A stretch of DNA of 63,814 nucleotides, counting the filler, from Klebsormidium nitens (Eukaryota > Plantae > Klebsormidiophyceae): NCBI GenBank assembly GCA_000708835.1. It is 5 parts of 5 records of this genome, joined end to end, with 100 filler letters (N's around TTAATTAATTAA, not from the genome) between each part and the next. Parts side by side here need not be neighbours in the genome. Positions count along the whole stretch, not along the records: positions 1 to 31,937 come from DF237748.1; positions 32,038 to 55,433 come from DF237874.1; 3 more parts are not named here. One strand, 5' to 3'. Of the stretch, positions 23,601-36,167 are shown piece after piece. Each line of letters begins with the position of its first letter. Position 1 is the stretch's first letter. The translations under genes were made by a program, and so were the position numbers. A model generated the notes under the pieces. The model saw only the letters and a program-made list of their open reading frames with translations, did not search any database and had not been told where the DNA came from.

Positions 23601-26515
23601 GAGCAAGCAAAAAATGTTCAAGTACAGGAGCCTTTCGAGCCCTATATGCAAGGCTCATACGCTGTAACCGTGTCTCTTTGCAGACGAACTGCGCCAAAGC
23701 TCTTGAAGAGATTGCCGAACAGAGACGTGTCACCTAAACAGCAGCAAAGATACTGGACAAGCAGAGATGTATTACCTAACACAGCAGCAGAGATTCTGGA
23801 ATAGAAGATACTAAGACGTTTTGCTTTCCGTGCAGTCGAACCGGGTCCAAGCTCTCCAGGCGACTGTCGAGCAGAGCGTGCGCAAGGCGGAGCTGATCGA
23901 GTACAACCTGGATGAGGTCGATTCCGCCATCGGCGCCGTCCGTTCCGCCCTGGCCAACGGAATGGACTGGGCGGACTTGAAGCAGATGGTCAAGGAGGAG
24001 CGCAAGGCGGGCAACCCGGTCGCGGGGCTTATTCACAGCATGCAGCTCGAAAAGAACCAGATCACTCTGCTGCTGAGCAACAACCTGGACGATATGGTTG
24101 AGGAAGAGAAGACGCGGCCAGTAGACAAGGTGGGCTCACTCGATTGCACCGAGACTAGTCTTCTTCTTGACCTTCTGTTGCACAGGGTCTTAGTAGTCGG
24201 ATTTATGCGCTTATGACGAAGACGGTAAGGATTGTGATCATAACGGTGCTCTGGGGTTTGTTGCTAAACTTCCGTTTGCTTCGAGTGTGCTTCATCTGCC
24301 AAACCCAGATCGTGATGCGCGTGCTTGTGGACAGGACGGTAAGGAGCGTGTTCAGGGCAGTGTATGCACGGTTACTGCTCGGCTTTCAGGTTGCCGGTGT
24401 TTTGTGTTGGGTTTGAGCAATGTCGCTGCTTGGCATAGGTAAGCCTGTGTTCTAGGTTGGTTGTGCAAGATTTACGGCTTGGCATGAGGTCGCCCATCTT
24501 TTGGGTCGGGCGTGCAAAGTGAACCTCAACCCTCCAGGTCCTTGAAGTGGTCCACCGGGCTCGAGAAAACGGCCTATGTCAGGTTTCTCGTGCTTCTCTC
24601 TTTGGGTGCAACGCGCAGTCTGTTCTGCTTGATGCTCACAAGAGGAACCGTTCTTGGACCGCAGGTAGAAGTCGATATCTCTCTGTCGGCTTTCGCCAAT
24701 GCGCGGTTGCACTTTGACACCAAGAAGAAGCACGCCATCAAGCAACAGAAGACCGTCGACGCAACCGAGAGGGTAAGCGGAGCAAAGCGCAGCCTGTGTC
24801 GTTGTTGACCTTCGTGCCACCTGCTGTCTTTTCTCCCACCTCTTCATTCTGGTCTTTACTTTCTGCTTTTTAGCTGAAACGCGGATCGGTATCAGTCTTC
24901 CTGCTTCGACTATCGGAACGAACCGTACCCATGCCTTCTTGGTAAACTCATTGCTTGTCCGACCATCCCATCATGTGCCGACCTCAAATGAACTAGCATT
25001 TGATGTGAGGGACAGTGGCGTATAGTTTGGAAACGGCGGTCCGAATATGTATACTTTGCGTACCAAGGAGGTGTCCGGCTTTCTGTTTTCCTTTTTGGTG
25101 CACTATGGCGTCCTGCCTCTCTCTGCAAGTCTGCTGAGTCGTGAGTCAATCCCTGGCATGCGGGCTTTTGGGTCTGCGACACTGTGAGATCGCTTCGATA
25201 TGTCGGTTTCGGAAACCCGTCGCTGAAAAGCATCACGAATTCATCAGAGCAATAGAGCAATCCTTCTTAATTTGGTCCAAGAGTCGCAATCGGCTGCAGT
25301 CGTCCGTCACGTTTTCCGTCGTGCTTCTCACGCTCAACCGTCGAGTGTCAGCCTACCAAATGCCTGTCGCGCACCTTCATTCAGTTTAAGCGCAAATTCA
25401 GTTTACTGTGGCCCTTATGTTCATCATCCGTGACTTCACTTCATGCTTGCTCTTCTCTCCCGTCAGGCGCTCAAGGCCGCCGAGAAGAAGACCGCGGAGC
25501 AGCTGGCCCAGGTCCGCAGCATGGCCAAGCTGACGTCACTTCGCAAGGTGCACTGGTTTGAGAAGTTCCACTGGTTCGTCAGCAGCGAGAACTACCTGGT
25601 CCTGGCGGGGCGCGACGCGCAGCAGAACGAGCAGCTCGTGAAGAAGCACCTGGGGAAGGGCGACGTGTACGTACACGCGGACCTGCACGGGGCTGCCACG
25701 TGTATCGTCAAGAACGCGAACCCGGAGGCGCCGGTGCCACCGCTGACGTTGATCCAGGTGGGGCACTTTGCTAGTATCATTTGGAGGCTGTGTGGATGAA
25801 TTGGTGATTGTGGGGACTGTTGGAAGCACACAGGACTAGATGTGAAGTGCGCTCGTGGGAATGATGGTGTGTTGCAAAGAGTTACGGAGCGCCATGCTCC
25901 TTGCCAAGGACGTGGGAGTGAATATATGAGACTTTATGCTTCATGTGGGACGGCAGGTGGCTCGACGAAAGTTCCGAGTCTTATTCACTTGAGCAGGGAC
26001 CGGTTGTACGTCAGGTTGGGGGTCCTTCTCCTCTACTTTCTTGAAACCTCGAGGGACAGTACGCTCGCTTCTGGATCATGCAGCACGGACCTCTATTCCA
26101 GCCGCTTATGAAAAGTAACCTCGTAAGGCAACGTTTTCAGAGTAAGTAACGTGGTGAAGCAAAGATGTTGCGTCGTAAAGCAACCTTATCGCGTCGAGAT
26201 GCCCGATCGACAACCTGCACAAGCGCCAGATCTCCATCTCGATTGTCCACGCCAACCCTGCTGACTGGTGTGAATACCCCCTGCAGGCGGGGATCATGTC
26301 CGTCTGCCGCAGCTCCGCGTGGGACGCGAAGATCGTGACCAGCGCGTGGTGGGTGCATTCACACCAGGTGTCTAAAACGGCGCCCACCGGGGAGTACCTG
26401 ACGGTCGGGAGCTTCATGGTGCGCGGGAAGAAGAACTTCCTGCCGCCCAGCCCGCTCGTAATGGGCTTCGGGTTCCTGTTCCGGCTGGAGGAGAGCTGCC
26501 TGGCGGCGCATTTAG
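20679..26515 (+). CDS. NEMF: Ribosome quality control factor NEMF/Rqc2 (5' portion only; C-terminal exons not found in this contig)
   Basis: [32 protein letters not shown]; [12 protein letters not shown]; [12 protein letters not shown]; [11 protein letters not shown]; [28 protein letters not shown]; YVHADLHGA; [14 protein letters not shown]. Exons ~20679-20783, 21411-21620, 22125-23126, 23836-24128, 24664-24772, 25467-25757, 26287-26515. Confidence 0.93.
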
Positions 26516-28063
26516 GTGAGTAATTGAGGGAAATAACATGGTTCTCGTCATGTCGATGTTTTTCGAGAGTCAAGCGCTTGAGACTGTCCGCTGGAAACCT
26601 TTGAGGTCCGATTTTGCGTTTCTGAGATTCTCGCTATGGTTCAAGAAACTTGTGGGCGTCCACTTTGCAGTCATTTGTTGTCCACCAACCTCCTCAAACA
26701 CCCATGAGGTTCTAGCAGATTGCGTAACGTTTCAGCTCAGCTGAGCTTTTTCTGCTGAGCGAGTGGACTGGTTGTCTGCGGTCATTCTCATAGGATGTTC
26801 CAGATTATCATTCGGTTTGTTTGTCCTAGTATTTGGCTCCTATCGATCTTGCTGTAAGTGAGTTGTCCTGGCTGGCAGAGACTTACCGCACAGCTGATCT
26901 TACACCATGTGAGCTTCGGAGTTCTATCAGCTTTTGACATTTTTGGCATACGTGAACAGCACTCGGCATGAATGGGCTCTGCCGTTGCCTGTCGAGCAAA
27001 ACGGCCTGCATTGTCTCTGAGCAGTACGTCTCAGATGATGAATTCCCTGCTTCGGGTTTGCTTTTCTAGTAGATTGATTTGCCCTTTTAACCTGACGACT
27101 GTTTAGTACCCGCTTGATAATAAAGGCTGAGACTATGCTGCAACCACAACCGAAACGGTTGATGAAGAATGATTCCATTTACAATTCCGTCACACTGGGT
27201 GTAATTCCTGAGGTGCCCTGGCCATAACGGTATTCGTTCCAGTTGAGGCTTAATTTCTTGCATCCTCCAGACTTTTATTGTTGGCGATGACGAGAGTTGG
27301 GCTGCCAATGTGGCAACTGTCTTGCGTTGTGAACCCGCAGAGACGCCAGACCAAGTAGTGCAAGAATTGCAATCTTCATTTTCGGCACATGAGCTCGTAG
27401 AAATGCATGTGTGATAAAACTGGGTGTCCATGAAAGATATGTTGTAATCCCCGTAGCAGCACGTGGTTCTCAATCTTATACCCTCCACAGCTCTCAGTCA
27501 AAACCTTTCACAGGGTGCTGCGGCATTCTATGGCAATTTTGATAGCAGACCTGTGGCAATCGTGCCAAGATCCCTTTCTTACGTCATCTTGAAGAAGTGC
27601 TGTTTGACTTAGTCGACTTACGGCCATGACGAGATATATATGGGTTGCTCTTCTGCAGCTCACAAACCTTTTGATCGTGAAGCTGTCGCCTTTGGAGTGG
27701 GTTTGACTTTATGGAGCTTTTCTTTTGTTCTTTTGTGTCAAGTAGTAGGTACCTCAAGAGTGTACGGCTTTAATACTGCGACACCGCTCCTATTGCCATG
27801 CGTCCCTTGATAAGTTTTCCCAACCAGAACGGTGATGGTATTGTAATGCTAGTAGCAAGCGTGTTGCCCACTTCTTGCTGGTTAGGAAGTTATTGACGTC
27901 ACTCGAGCGTTTGAGACGCTCGAAGAGAAGTGGGGTGAACCACAACGATTCTGAGGCCAGCTTTTGTTTCTATGATTGATGTGCCTGCACCTGAAAGGGT
28001 TTGTTCCGAGCCTGTGAATCGTACAAGGATTGATACATAGCCAGTCAAGACTGCCCATCTTGT

Positions 28064-28450
28064 GTGCTGAATAGACACTTTGGCCTCAGGCGAGCAACTC
28101 CAACAATTCAACATGCGGCCGTCCTAAAAGCTATGGAAATCGAATTTGTGCATGCCCGCGAGAAATTTCGTGAGCTTGTTTCTGAAGGACCAGAGTACAT
28201 TTGCTGCTCTTGTAATCAGTTGTGGTTTAAGAGGAGCGTGGTACGCGTGACGCCCTTGTTTTTCGATGGTGACAGCGTTTCGTTTGGCTAGGATAATAGG
28301 AGCGGGCTGGGCTACTCGTTTGCCCACTGCTAGAACGCTTACCTCGGATGGCGCAGCTCAGCCCACCGGTTCGAGCAAGACGTTAGGCTGCTTCATAAGA
28401 ATAGGGTGTCGTCGTTCTAGTTGTCGTTTGCAAGTCTGCAGCATTTAGAT
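28064..28450 (+). mobile_element. Probable decayed Helitron-like N-terminal Zn-finger fragment
   Basis: FRELVSEGPEYICCSCNQLWFKRSVV resembles the GPxYICxxCxxLxF motif at the N-terminus of Helitron Rep/helicase proteins. Downstream frames are broken by stops. No Rep or helicase motif was found. Confidence 0.5.
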
Positions 28451-31400
28451 TCCATAAATAGCCTCTGTGACATGGTTGTTCGTGGCACCTCTTTGGAAGT
28501 TACAGTTCTTTGTCAGCTTTCTCATCGTCAAAGCCTACATCAGGGCGGTTCCGCTATGACGGTCCGCTTCGAATCAAGATTTGTTTCACACTTGTTAGGC
28601 GCTGCTGCTGTGGTGCCAGTGCTGGAAGGTTTTGCTGGTGGCCTTTAAGTTTCTCCGCACAACAGTACTTCCTTGCTCATAAAGCACGGTTTTCAAGTCA
28701 ATAAACCCACGGGTCCGCAAGATTCATCAAACATGTGTCCGCTTAATAGAGGCGCAGAAGTGTCATTATGTGGTTTTCTTTCTCCACTGTGCCAGCTTAC
28801 GCTAAATGCGTTCATTGCCCTTGTGCGCTTCCCAGCTTGTGTCTTGCTGAAGGATGCCGGAAGAGTGCAGACACGACAGTTCCTGCTTTTCTCCTCCACA
28901 CCTTTGCTCTGCGTGCCCTTATTGAACTTCAAGATGGAGTCAGCATTGGAAGACGAACTGGAAATTGCATGTGAGCTCCATGCTGGGGAGGAGAGAAGAA
29001 CCCGTTCCCTGGGCCTTGCGAAGCTCAGTTGTTCTTTACGGATACCTGAGGCCAGTCGCTATGCAAGTCTCTCAGGTAGTAAAAGAGTCGGTTCTCACAT
29101 CCAGCAATTGTGCCTTCCACATTCTACAGATCAATGATGCACGCGCATTGGAATGGTGATTGGTCGCGTAATTCTAGACTGTATCAGAGACGAATACGAC
29201 CTGTTTGTAAAGGACTGCGCTCTGTTGTTCCCAGAACCCAGGTCGGAGGCTCGATTAGTGAAAGCGGATCCTTGGCAGAACCGCAAAATGGCACACTGTC
29301 CTTAGACCGAAACGCTGTAGGCGCTCTGTGGAACCGCCAACAACGCAGTCGTGCTTGATGTGTTGGCCTTTCTAGTATGCCAGCGAGGAATTCTCTTTCT
29401 TTCTATCGCTGGTCAAGTTGCGGCCAAGAAGTATGGACATGGGCTGCTTGTCCCAAGCCTGCGCGCCGCTTCACGAGCTGAGCTGCCGCTACAATAAACA
29501 TGAAACGTGCAGGCCGGATCTTGGTTGAGATATGCCGTATGCATATGGTCTTGACACAAAGTTTTCCACGGTTACAGCCGAAATGACCCCTTAGGAGTTA
29601 CTGGAACGGCATGCGTTGCCATTCTTGTTGGCACGAACTCCAATAACCGGGCTCTGAACTGCTCCAGCTGCTTGTGCGGGAGCGGTGATGGCCACCCTTC
29701 TTCTTTCTTGCCATGTCCTAAGGTCGGCGGGGAAATAAAGGCAAATACATTCTTACCTGAGTGCTTTACTCGCTCAGAGCAGCATATTCTGAGCCCGCCC
29801 TCTACGAACGCAGCATAGCATTCGCTATTGTTTACGTTTTGCCTTTGGCGAGTGACATACGACGAAATTGTTACACGCTTGGTTTTCCTAGCTTTGTTTC
29901 CGGTGGGGGCAGCGGGCCCTCGTTTGCCTGCATGCTCCACTTCGCTTCGTGCACTTCGTTGTATTGCCCTTAACCACTCTCACCGGCTCTCTTTGAACCG
30001 AATAGATATACAATTCAGTGTTAAAGTTCTCGTTGGCTAACGATTGTTGGTCGACCCGATGCCTGTGTTGTAAAATTGCCAAACGTACAGAAGGTGATTG
30101 GTTTGGAACACACCGCGTGTTGCGAAAGCTGGAGCATTGCTGGTTATAGCTGACTACAGGACAGATGTAGAGCGCCTGGATGGTCATGACTATTCGAGCA
30201 TGCTTGCGTTGCTTTCTCTGCACTTCACGTCAGCTATTGCTCGGGGCACCACTCCCTTGGAACTTGCGTTCATGCTCCGGCACTGTGAATCGACGGATCA
30301 AGATCTTCTCCAAACTCCAGGAATCTCCAATCTTTTGGGAGCGGATTCCTTTTAAGATGGAAGCTCAAGGCGGCCTCCTGCCAAATGGTCAATGGATTAA
30401 TCCCTTTTGCTTTCCTGGCCTGCAGACTTTGCTTGATACTTTTGTCGCACTTGCTTTGCTTGTTACAAGCTCATGTGTCTTGGTTGGCGAGGACGATAAG
30501 GGGCGGTATGAGCATGACGTCTAAGCAGCGCGATCTAAAGGTGGCTTAAGGAAAGTCTTATTTGCTCAATGCTAGTTGTAAGTTGGGGCTTTTTGACAAA
30601 TGGGAAGGCATAGCATATCCACGGAACGCTTTCGTCCCGAAATGATTTACCCTATGATTTTGGTTTTCTACGCTTCTGCGGTAGAATCTGGACGTCGATG
30701 CAGCCTCGGGCTGGAGACGAGTTCGGCACGTCAATGCATTCACTGCCGGCTGAGAAGAAGTTGCTGCGAAGTGAGCGAGAGGCGAGCTCATCTTATTTTT
30801 TAGTTCGTCCAGAAGCCGGCGTACGTCGCGAATGAGCAGCTGCGGGGCCTGTATTATCAACGCTTGCAACTCACCTATTGACTATTTTCATGCCCGAAAG
30901 GAAAGGTTCGGAATAGGTGGTTTGGAATCGGTGTTTCCTCCCATTTCAATAGAATCTGAATTTACCCGAGGCGTAGGTTTGAAGTAGTGGGGACAAGGTG
31001 GTCAATATACCCTCGAGTCAAGTGGCTCGCCGAAGGACTGGCTCTCAGCCGATGTTGCTTCATATGCGGACTTTCCTTCATATGTGCTTAGCACAATCCG
31101 GTCGTTTGAAGCAAGCGAGTCTCTCAAGCGGAAAGGACGACGATTGAAGCTGGTCTGGGCACTAGCTCAGCACCTCGATGACCGGACTCTGAAGCCGCAA
31201 ACGAAATTGACCGAGGCCTGATACTGAAGGATTGCGTAAAGCTGATCATTCGGTTTGGGTCATTACTTATAGAGTAGAGGCTCTGAAACAAGCGGGACTG
31301 CCCCGCTTTTATCCACAGCGTCTCTCGCTGGGTGATGAAAAAGGGTTTGATTGTCGTCTCATTTGGCGGTTCTGCTCGAGTCCCTGCACGGTGTGTTTCT

Positions 31401-31937
31401 TCTTTTCCGTCAATGGATTCGAGGTGTTGTCGGATCAGACTTGCTTCAACCTTCGACTGCGTGCTTTAAGGAAGCTTGGTCGGTCTCTGTGCTGAGTTTT
31501 TGGTTGTTTGTCGTTGGTTGCCTCAGCAGCGATAGTAGGTGGACGGCTGTTACTTAGGTCCGCGCCTTTTGGATGGCGAGGACGAAGGCTCTCTAATTGC
31601 AAAGGACGTTCAGCTGTTTGGCGGTTGGGAATCAGACGCCGTCTGTCTCAGTAGCTCCCAACTTGTAGATTGCGAATGGCAGAGGGGCAGAAAAGATGAT
31701 CATCTGCACGGGTGGTCATGTCACTCTTAACCATTGCTCCATGAAGGAGTGTCTTCACCATTTTCCTAAGGAAGAAGCGCTCCTTCCTCACCATAATAAC
31801 GACTACTTTTTTTGAAAAGCTCAGTTCGATCAGGCCTTCTTGCCTGTCTACGCAATCGTTAGAATATCAAGCTCGGAGGTTTGGATTCCTGTGCTGCGAA
31901 AATCATATACACGCATTTGCGCGAGTTTCTTACCATC

Positions 31938-32037
31938 NNNNNNNNNNNNNNNNNNNNNNNNNNNNNNNNNNNNNNNNNNNNTTAATTAATTAANNNNNNN
32001 NNNNNNNNNNNNNNNNNNNNNNNNNNNNNNNNNNNNN
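31938..32037. other. Artificial contig spacer (also 55434-55533, 57584-57683, 61886-61985)
   Basis: Identical 100-nt layout of 44 N + TTAATTAATTAA (stop in all six frames) + 44 N, occurring four times. Confidence 0.95.
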
Positions 32038-32673
32038 GGTTGGCCCCATACTTTGGTAGTACGGTAATGCCGAAAAGCTGACATTGCTGACATGACGGCG
32101 GGCTGTACTTGGAGCGTACATGTGTACTTTTCGGTCCGTCCGGGTGTACTTTTGGAAAGTTCTGAAATGTACCGACCTTCCAAAAGGTCCTAGTATCGAT
32201 TCCCACCATCGACCATCAAATTTCCTTTTTTTCGGCATTACTTTGCAATTGTTTAAAAAAGTGCCAGGATTGGCCCCACCTGATCCTGCGAACGCCCCCT
32301 TGCTTGGATACAAAGCCGTCGATAAGAGCGAAAGCGTTCCACATCGACGGCCAGAACAGGGCTTGCGCTGCCACGTCGACTATCTTCCATTCATACAGCG
32401 GAATCTGAATGATAGCACTGGGCAAAGTAAGGGCTTCGGAGAATTACCGGCGGCGTAGTATATAATCCCCGAGGATTTTGAAGCAGGGTGTTGGGGGACT
32501 CGCTGTGCCATGAGGGTGCTCGGAGTGTTCCGCTCGGCCGTTTGAAGCCCTCCGTACGCCGCCGCAAGCGGCGGCGAGTTGGGGGGCAAGCCCCCCAACT
32601 CAGCCCCTTCGGGGCTGAAAACCCCCCCAACACACCGAATATTTTTTAAAGAGAGAGAAGCGTGTATCTCATC

Positions 32674-32753
32674 GGTCAGATGGCCGAAGCGGTCTAAGGC
32701 GCCAGCTTCAGGAGACATTGTCTCAGAACATTTGCTGGTCTTCGAGAGAGGGC
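32674..32753 (+). pseudogene. Truncated copy of tRNA-Leu(CAG) including the intron, lacking the T-arm and 3' acceptor strand
   Basis: GGTCAGATGGCCGAAGCGGTCTAAGGCGCCAGCTTCAGGAGACATTGTCTCAGA..TTTGCTGGTC matches the intact copy, with a 1-nt D-loop insertion, then diverges. Confidence 0.85.
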
Positions 32754-32925
32754 TTACGTTTGAAATGTTCTCCGCCGTCGATTAGAGTCGGATGCCTGTA
32801 ATTTTGCGATCGTGTCCATCCGTTAGCGATTTGCCGATCGGACGGCGCCGGCGACAGGGACGGCTCTTACTGATGGTTTTTTTGGCATTAATTTATGTAT
32901 TTTATTTGGAACCTTACATCTCATC

Positions 32926-33027
32926 GGTCAGATGGCCGAGCGGTCTAAGGCGCCAGCTTCAGGAGACATTGTCTCAGAGTTTGCTGGTCCTCTTCGGGGG
33001 GCGTGGGTTCAAATCCCACTCTGGCCA
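32926..33027 (+). tRNA. trnL-CAG: tRNA-Leu(CAG) with 18-nt canonical intron (37/38)
   Basis: Acceptor stem GGTCAGA/TCTGGCC+A; D-arm TGGCCGAGCGGTCTAAGGC; anticodon stem CCAGC/GCTGG with loop TT-CAG-G; long variable arm; T-loop GGTTCAAATCC; T-rich terminator just downstream. Confidence 0.93.
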
Positions 33028-34397
33028 TCATCTGGATTTCTTTTTGGAGCAGCTCAGTCTCAATTTGCACTTGCGCATGAATTCCCCGCCCTTTTTCTTG
33101 CAATTTAAATCGGGGGGGCTGCCGCCTCCCCGCTCCCTCCTCTGGAGGTCTTAGCGTCGTTGCACGAAAGTGGACCATAATTAAGTCAAAAGGGGCTTCA
33201 GCCTTCAGGCTAATAGTAATGTCATCATTTTTGGGCGGCTCCGACGCAACAAGGGCGACAAATATAAGCATGAACAAGAAGCTGCCAGTCGCTTGATCAC
33301 CTCGTCATTTGTTGCTTTGTATGTTTTGTAACGTACGTTTCCAACAGCGGTATCGCTCTCTGCATTCATTCCAAGCAGCAATGATCATGGTGAATCCATG
33401 ATTTCATCGTCTCAACATGCAAGTGGTTCTCACAGTTCAATGTCTCGAAAGTAAATGAGTTGTTCCTTACGGATAAATGACTCCGGGCTTATGTACATAA
33501 AGTGGTAATCGGTTAAACGGCCAACAAGCGCGTCCCAGCCGGGCGGATGAAATATAAGGCAAAATAGAGCGATTGCTCATAAGCTAGGCTAGCACGGTAC
33601 CCAATTATGGCCGAAGTATAGTGAGTGAGGGGCATCTATTCTAGCGGCCCGGCCCCGGCCACGGCCCACCGTTCAATCGTAGACATGCAAACAGCATAGA
33701 CTCGCCGAGTACAGATCCTAACCAATAATAGAGTTGTTCCGAAGCGAGACTTGAATGTTGGTATCTTATATAACTGTGCAGTATGCGCACCAGATAGCTA
33801 CAGCCGTCGGATTTGACATGGCCGCCTGGACCGCGCCATGAAAATCCCAGCAGAAGTGAGAAGCCCATGTTGTATATGATCTTTGGACGGTGATCATGGC
33901 TTGCTTGGTACATGTGCTAGGCCGGTGCACTAGGAGCAATCCGACAACGTTGAGAAAGAGAGGCTCTTGCCCTTCTACCCATTAACAATGCCGACCAAGC
34001 TTTCGCAACAAGCAGTCCCACAGAAGGGTAATGATGTTTTTGTCCCCTATGTTGCACCCTATGTTGCCAACCTGACAAGCCGTTCCTGTCATTGTAGAGT
34101 GGCGAAACGTCTTCAACATTCTTGAAACCCGCTTCAATTAGCATGCAAGCCAGGTTCCTTCCATAAAACTCGTCGCTCCAAAGCTCAGTAGACTTCATCA
34201 ATGTGTACACAGGAGCAGGCAATCTCTGCAAATCGAAAGACGTCGTGTCATGTTTACGATCCTGCAAGAGATTATTTTACTAGGGTCATGCAATTCACAT
34301 GACCATCGTCATGCCCATCAAACACTTTCTTTGACTAACATGTAATCTTTATGGGAACGAGTCATATCGAACTCACCATCTAGGTGCATACAACTCA

Positions 34398-36167
34398 CTA
34401 GCTGTATGCCCCCGTTTTCAAGGCATCGTAGGCCGTTGCAGCCTCCTTGAACCTCTCCTCAGCATCCGCCTTAGATCTCTCCAAGTGGCGATCTGGGTGC
34501 CACTTGAGCGCCTGCTTTCTGAACGCCTCCTTGACGACCGCCACTGTCAACGGCCCACTCTGGGGCAGACCGAGACACGTCCGATGGGGACATTCTCTCT
34601 CCTGTTCAGCGGTTTCGTAATCGGTTGTACCTCGTGATCGAGAACGCGCCTTGCGTGACCGCTGTTCTCGACCTGCAAAGAGGAAGTTTGTCAGCAAGCC
34701 CCCTGGCGGAGCTGCGATGAGCTTACAAGTTCGCACGTAGAACCTCTTCTGTGCTTGAGGGCTTTGAAATAGCTTAAGTGTGACATATTCGAACCAGAGC
34801 GGAAAGTTCATATTGCCACAATGAATTACGCACTCCCTAAAAGAGATTGCTTCAGCTACTCTAGCCTGTGACCATGCAGTAAACAGCACCACAAAAACAA
34901 TGAGAGGCTGAATGAATCATTGAAGGAATCTGTGGCGGCCGTAATGCCCCACCTATGTCCTCCTCCTCCTCCTCTCCAAAGTGCTGTCCCCCGAACACCT
35001 TCTCCCAAAAGTCGTCAAGGTCCATGTCAACCCAGGTCTTGGCATATGTGCGAGAGCTGCCGGGCTCCCACTGTTCCCACGCCGCAGACCACTGGGCATC
35101 CCGATCACGCCGCGATTGGCGGGCGCGCCTCCTTTGAGAAGCATTAAACACCTCGGAGGTGAAGAACGCTTGGCCGCCACTGAAGATGTAGGTGAAACCC
35201 TGGGTTGGGACGAAGACACTTCAGTCGGATCCTGCCCACTATCGAAAACGTGCAAGGTTTGAAATGCGTTAACATTTAGGCAATGTCTGCAAATGCTGAG
35301 CAGATGGCAAGACGAAATTCGAGCACTTTCCAACCTTGTTAGGAGTATAAAGCTAGTGCCAAAGCTTGGCCACTTACTTGGTCTGTGGAGGTCTGGCCGT
35401 TGCACCAGTCCCGCCACTCATTAAGTTTGGCCTTGGCCTCCATCCTCTTCTGCTTCTTGTGAGAACCCTTGTTGTTCACCTGCGCAAAAACAGAGCCGTG
35501 GGCAGATGCAAAGCGCTGCGGAGTGGCGAAAAGGCTGAAAACTGTTCTTAAGTTCTCAAACAGGTTCTGCTGACAGCCGCTGATGCAAGTGCAGCACAAT
35601 AGCCAAGGAGTTCGAGCAGTTGATGAGTACAACAGTTGTCGACGTCTCTCTGCCGACATCAATGGTCAATGGGGAACAAGGAGAATTGGCTCAGCGTACG
35701 GACCTTTTTCTTTTTGTCTTCTGTCTGCCCCGATCCAGTGTTTGCCTGAAGAAGAAGAGCGAAAAACGATGATAAGATTTGTGCAGGAAAGACAGCCACT
35801 GGACAAAAGCTTGTACGAAATCCGAATTGGCAAAGCAATTACTGGGTCTGGGGTGGGAAGCGGGGCACAAAAGTGGGAAAACCCTTACCTTCTTGGGCTT
35901 GGCTGCGACGGGTGGGGTGGAATGGAAGCCCTGCTTTCGCACACCGGCTGATGCCTCGCAAACTGGAGCATACGAAAACATGCAACTAGATGCTCTACGC
36001 AGCCACAATTGGGACGCCTGCATGTCCTCTCCGGATGCAGTTGAGAACAAGAGCGCCCCTCGCCCTGCAGCTGGGCGCCTGCACCTGCGACCATTGTCCA
36101 TTGCTGGTGCAGCATCAGTGCATCGTTCTGCCACCTCTTCCGTTTCAACCAGGCCGTTCCGGACCAT
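34398..36167 (-). CDS. J-domain (DnaJ type III) protein with C-terminal J domain, about four exons; start uncertain
   Basis: LGL...VVKEAFRKQALKWHPDRH...AEERFKEAATAYDAL. Upstream exons with GT-AG boundaries at ~35885, ~35378 and ~34955; the FHSTP motif suggests an organellar presequence. Confidence 0.8.

Noticed and set aside
29572-29940. Short ORF with basic N-terminus and Cys/His residues as a BED finger or transposase
   Set aside because: Ligand spacing does not fit and no transposase core follows.
31982-31993. TTAATTAATTAA as a biological site
   Set aside because: Always centred in identical N spacers; an assembly linker.
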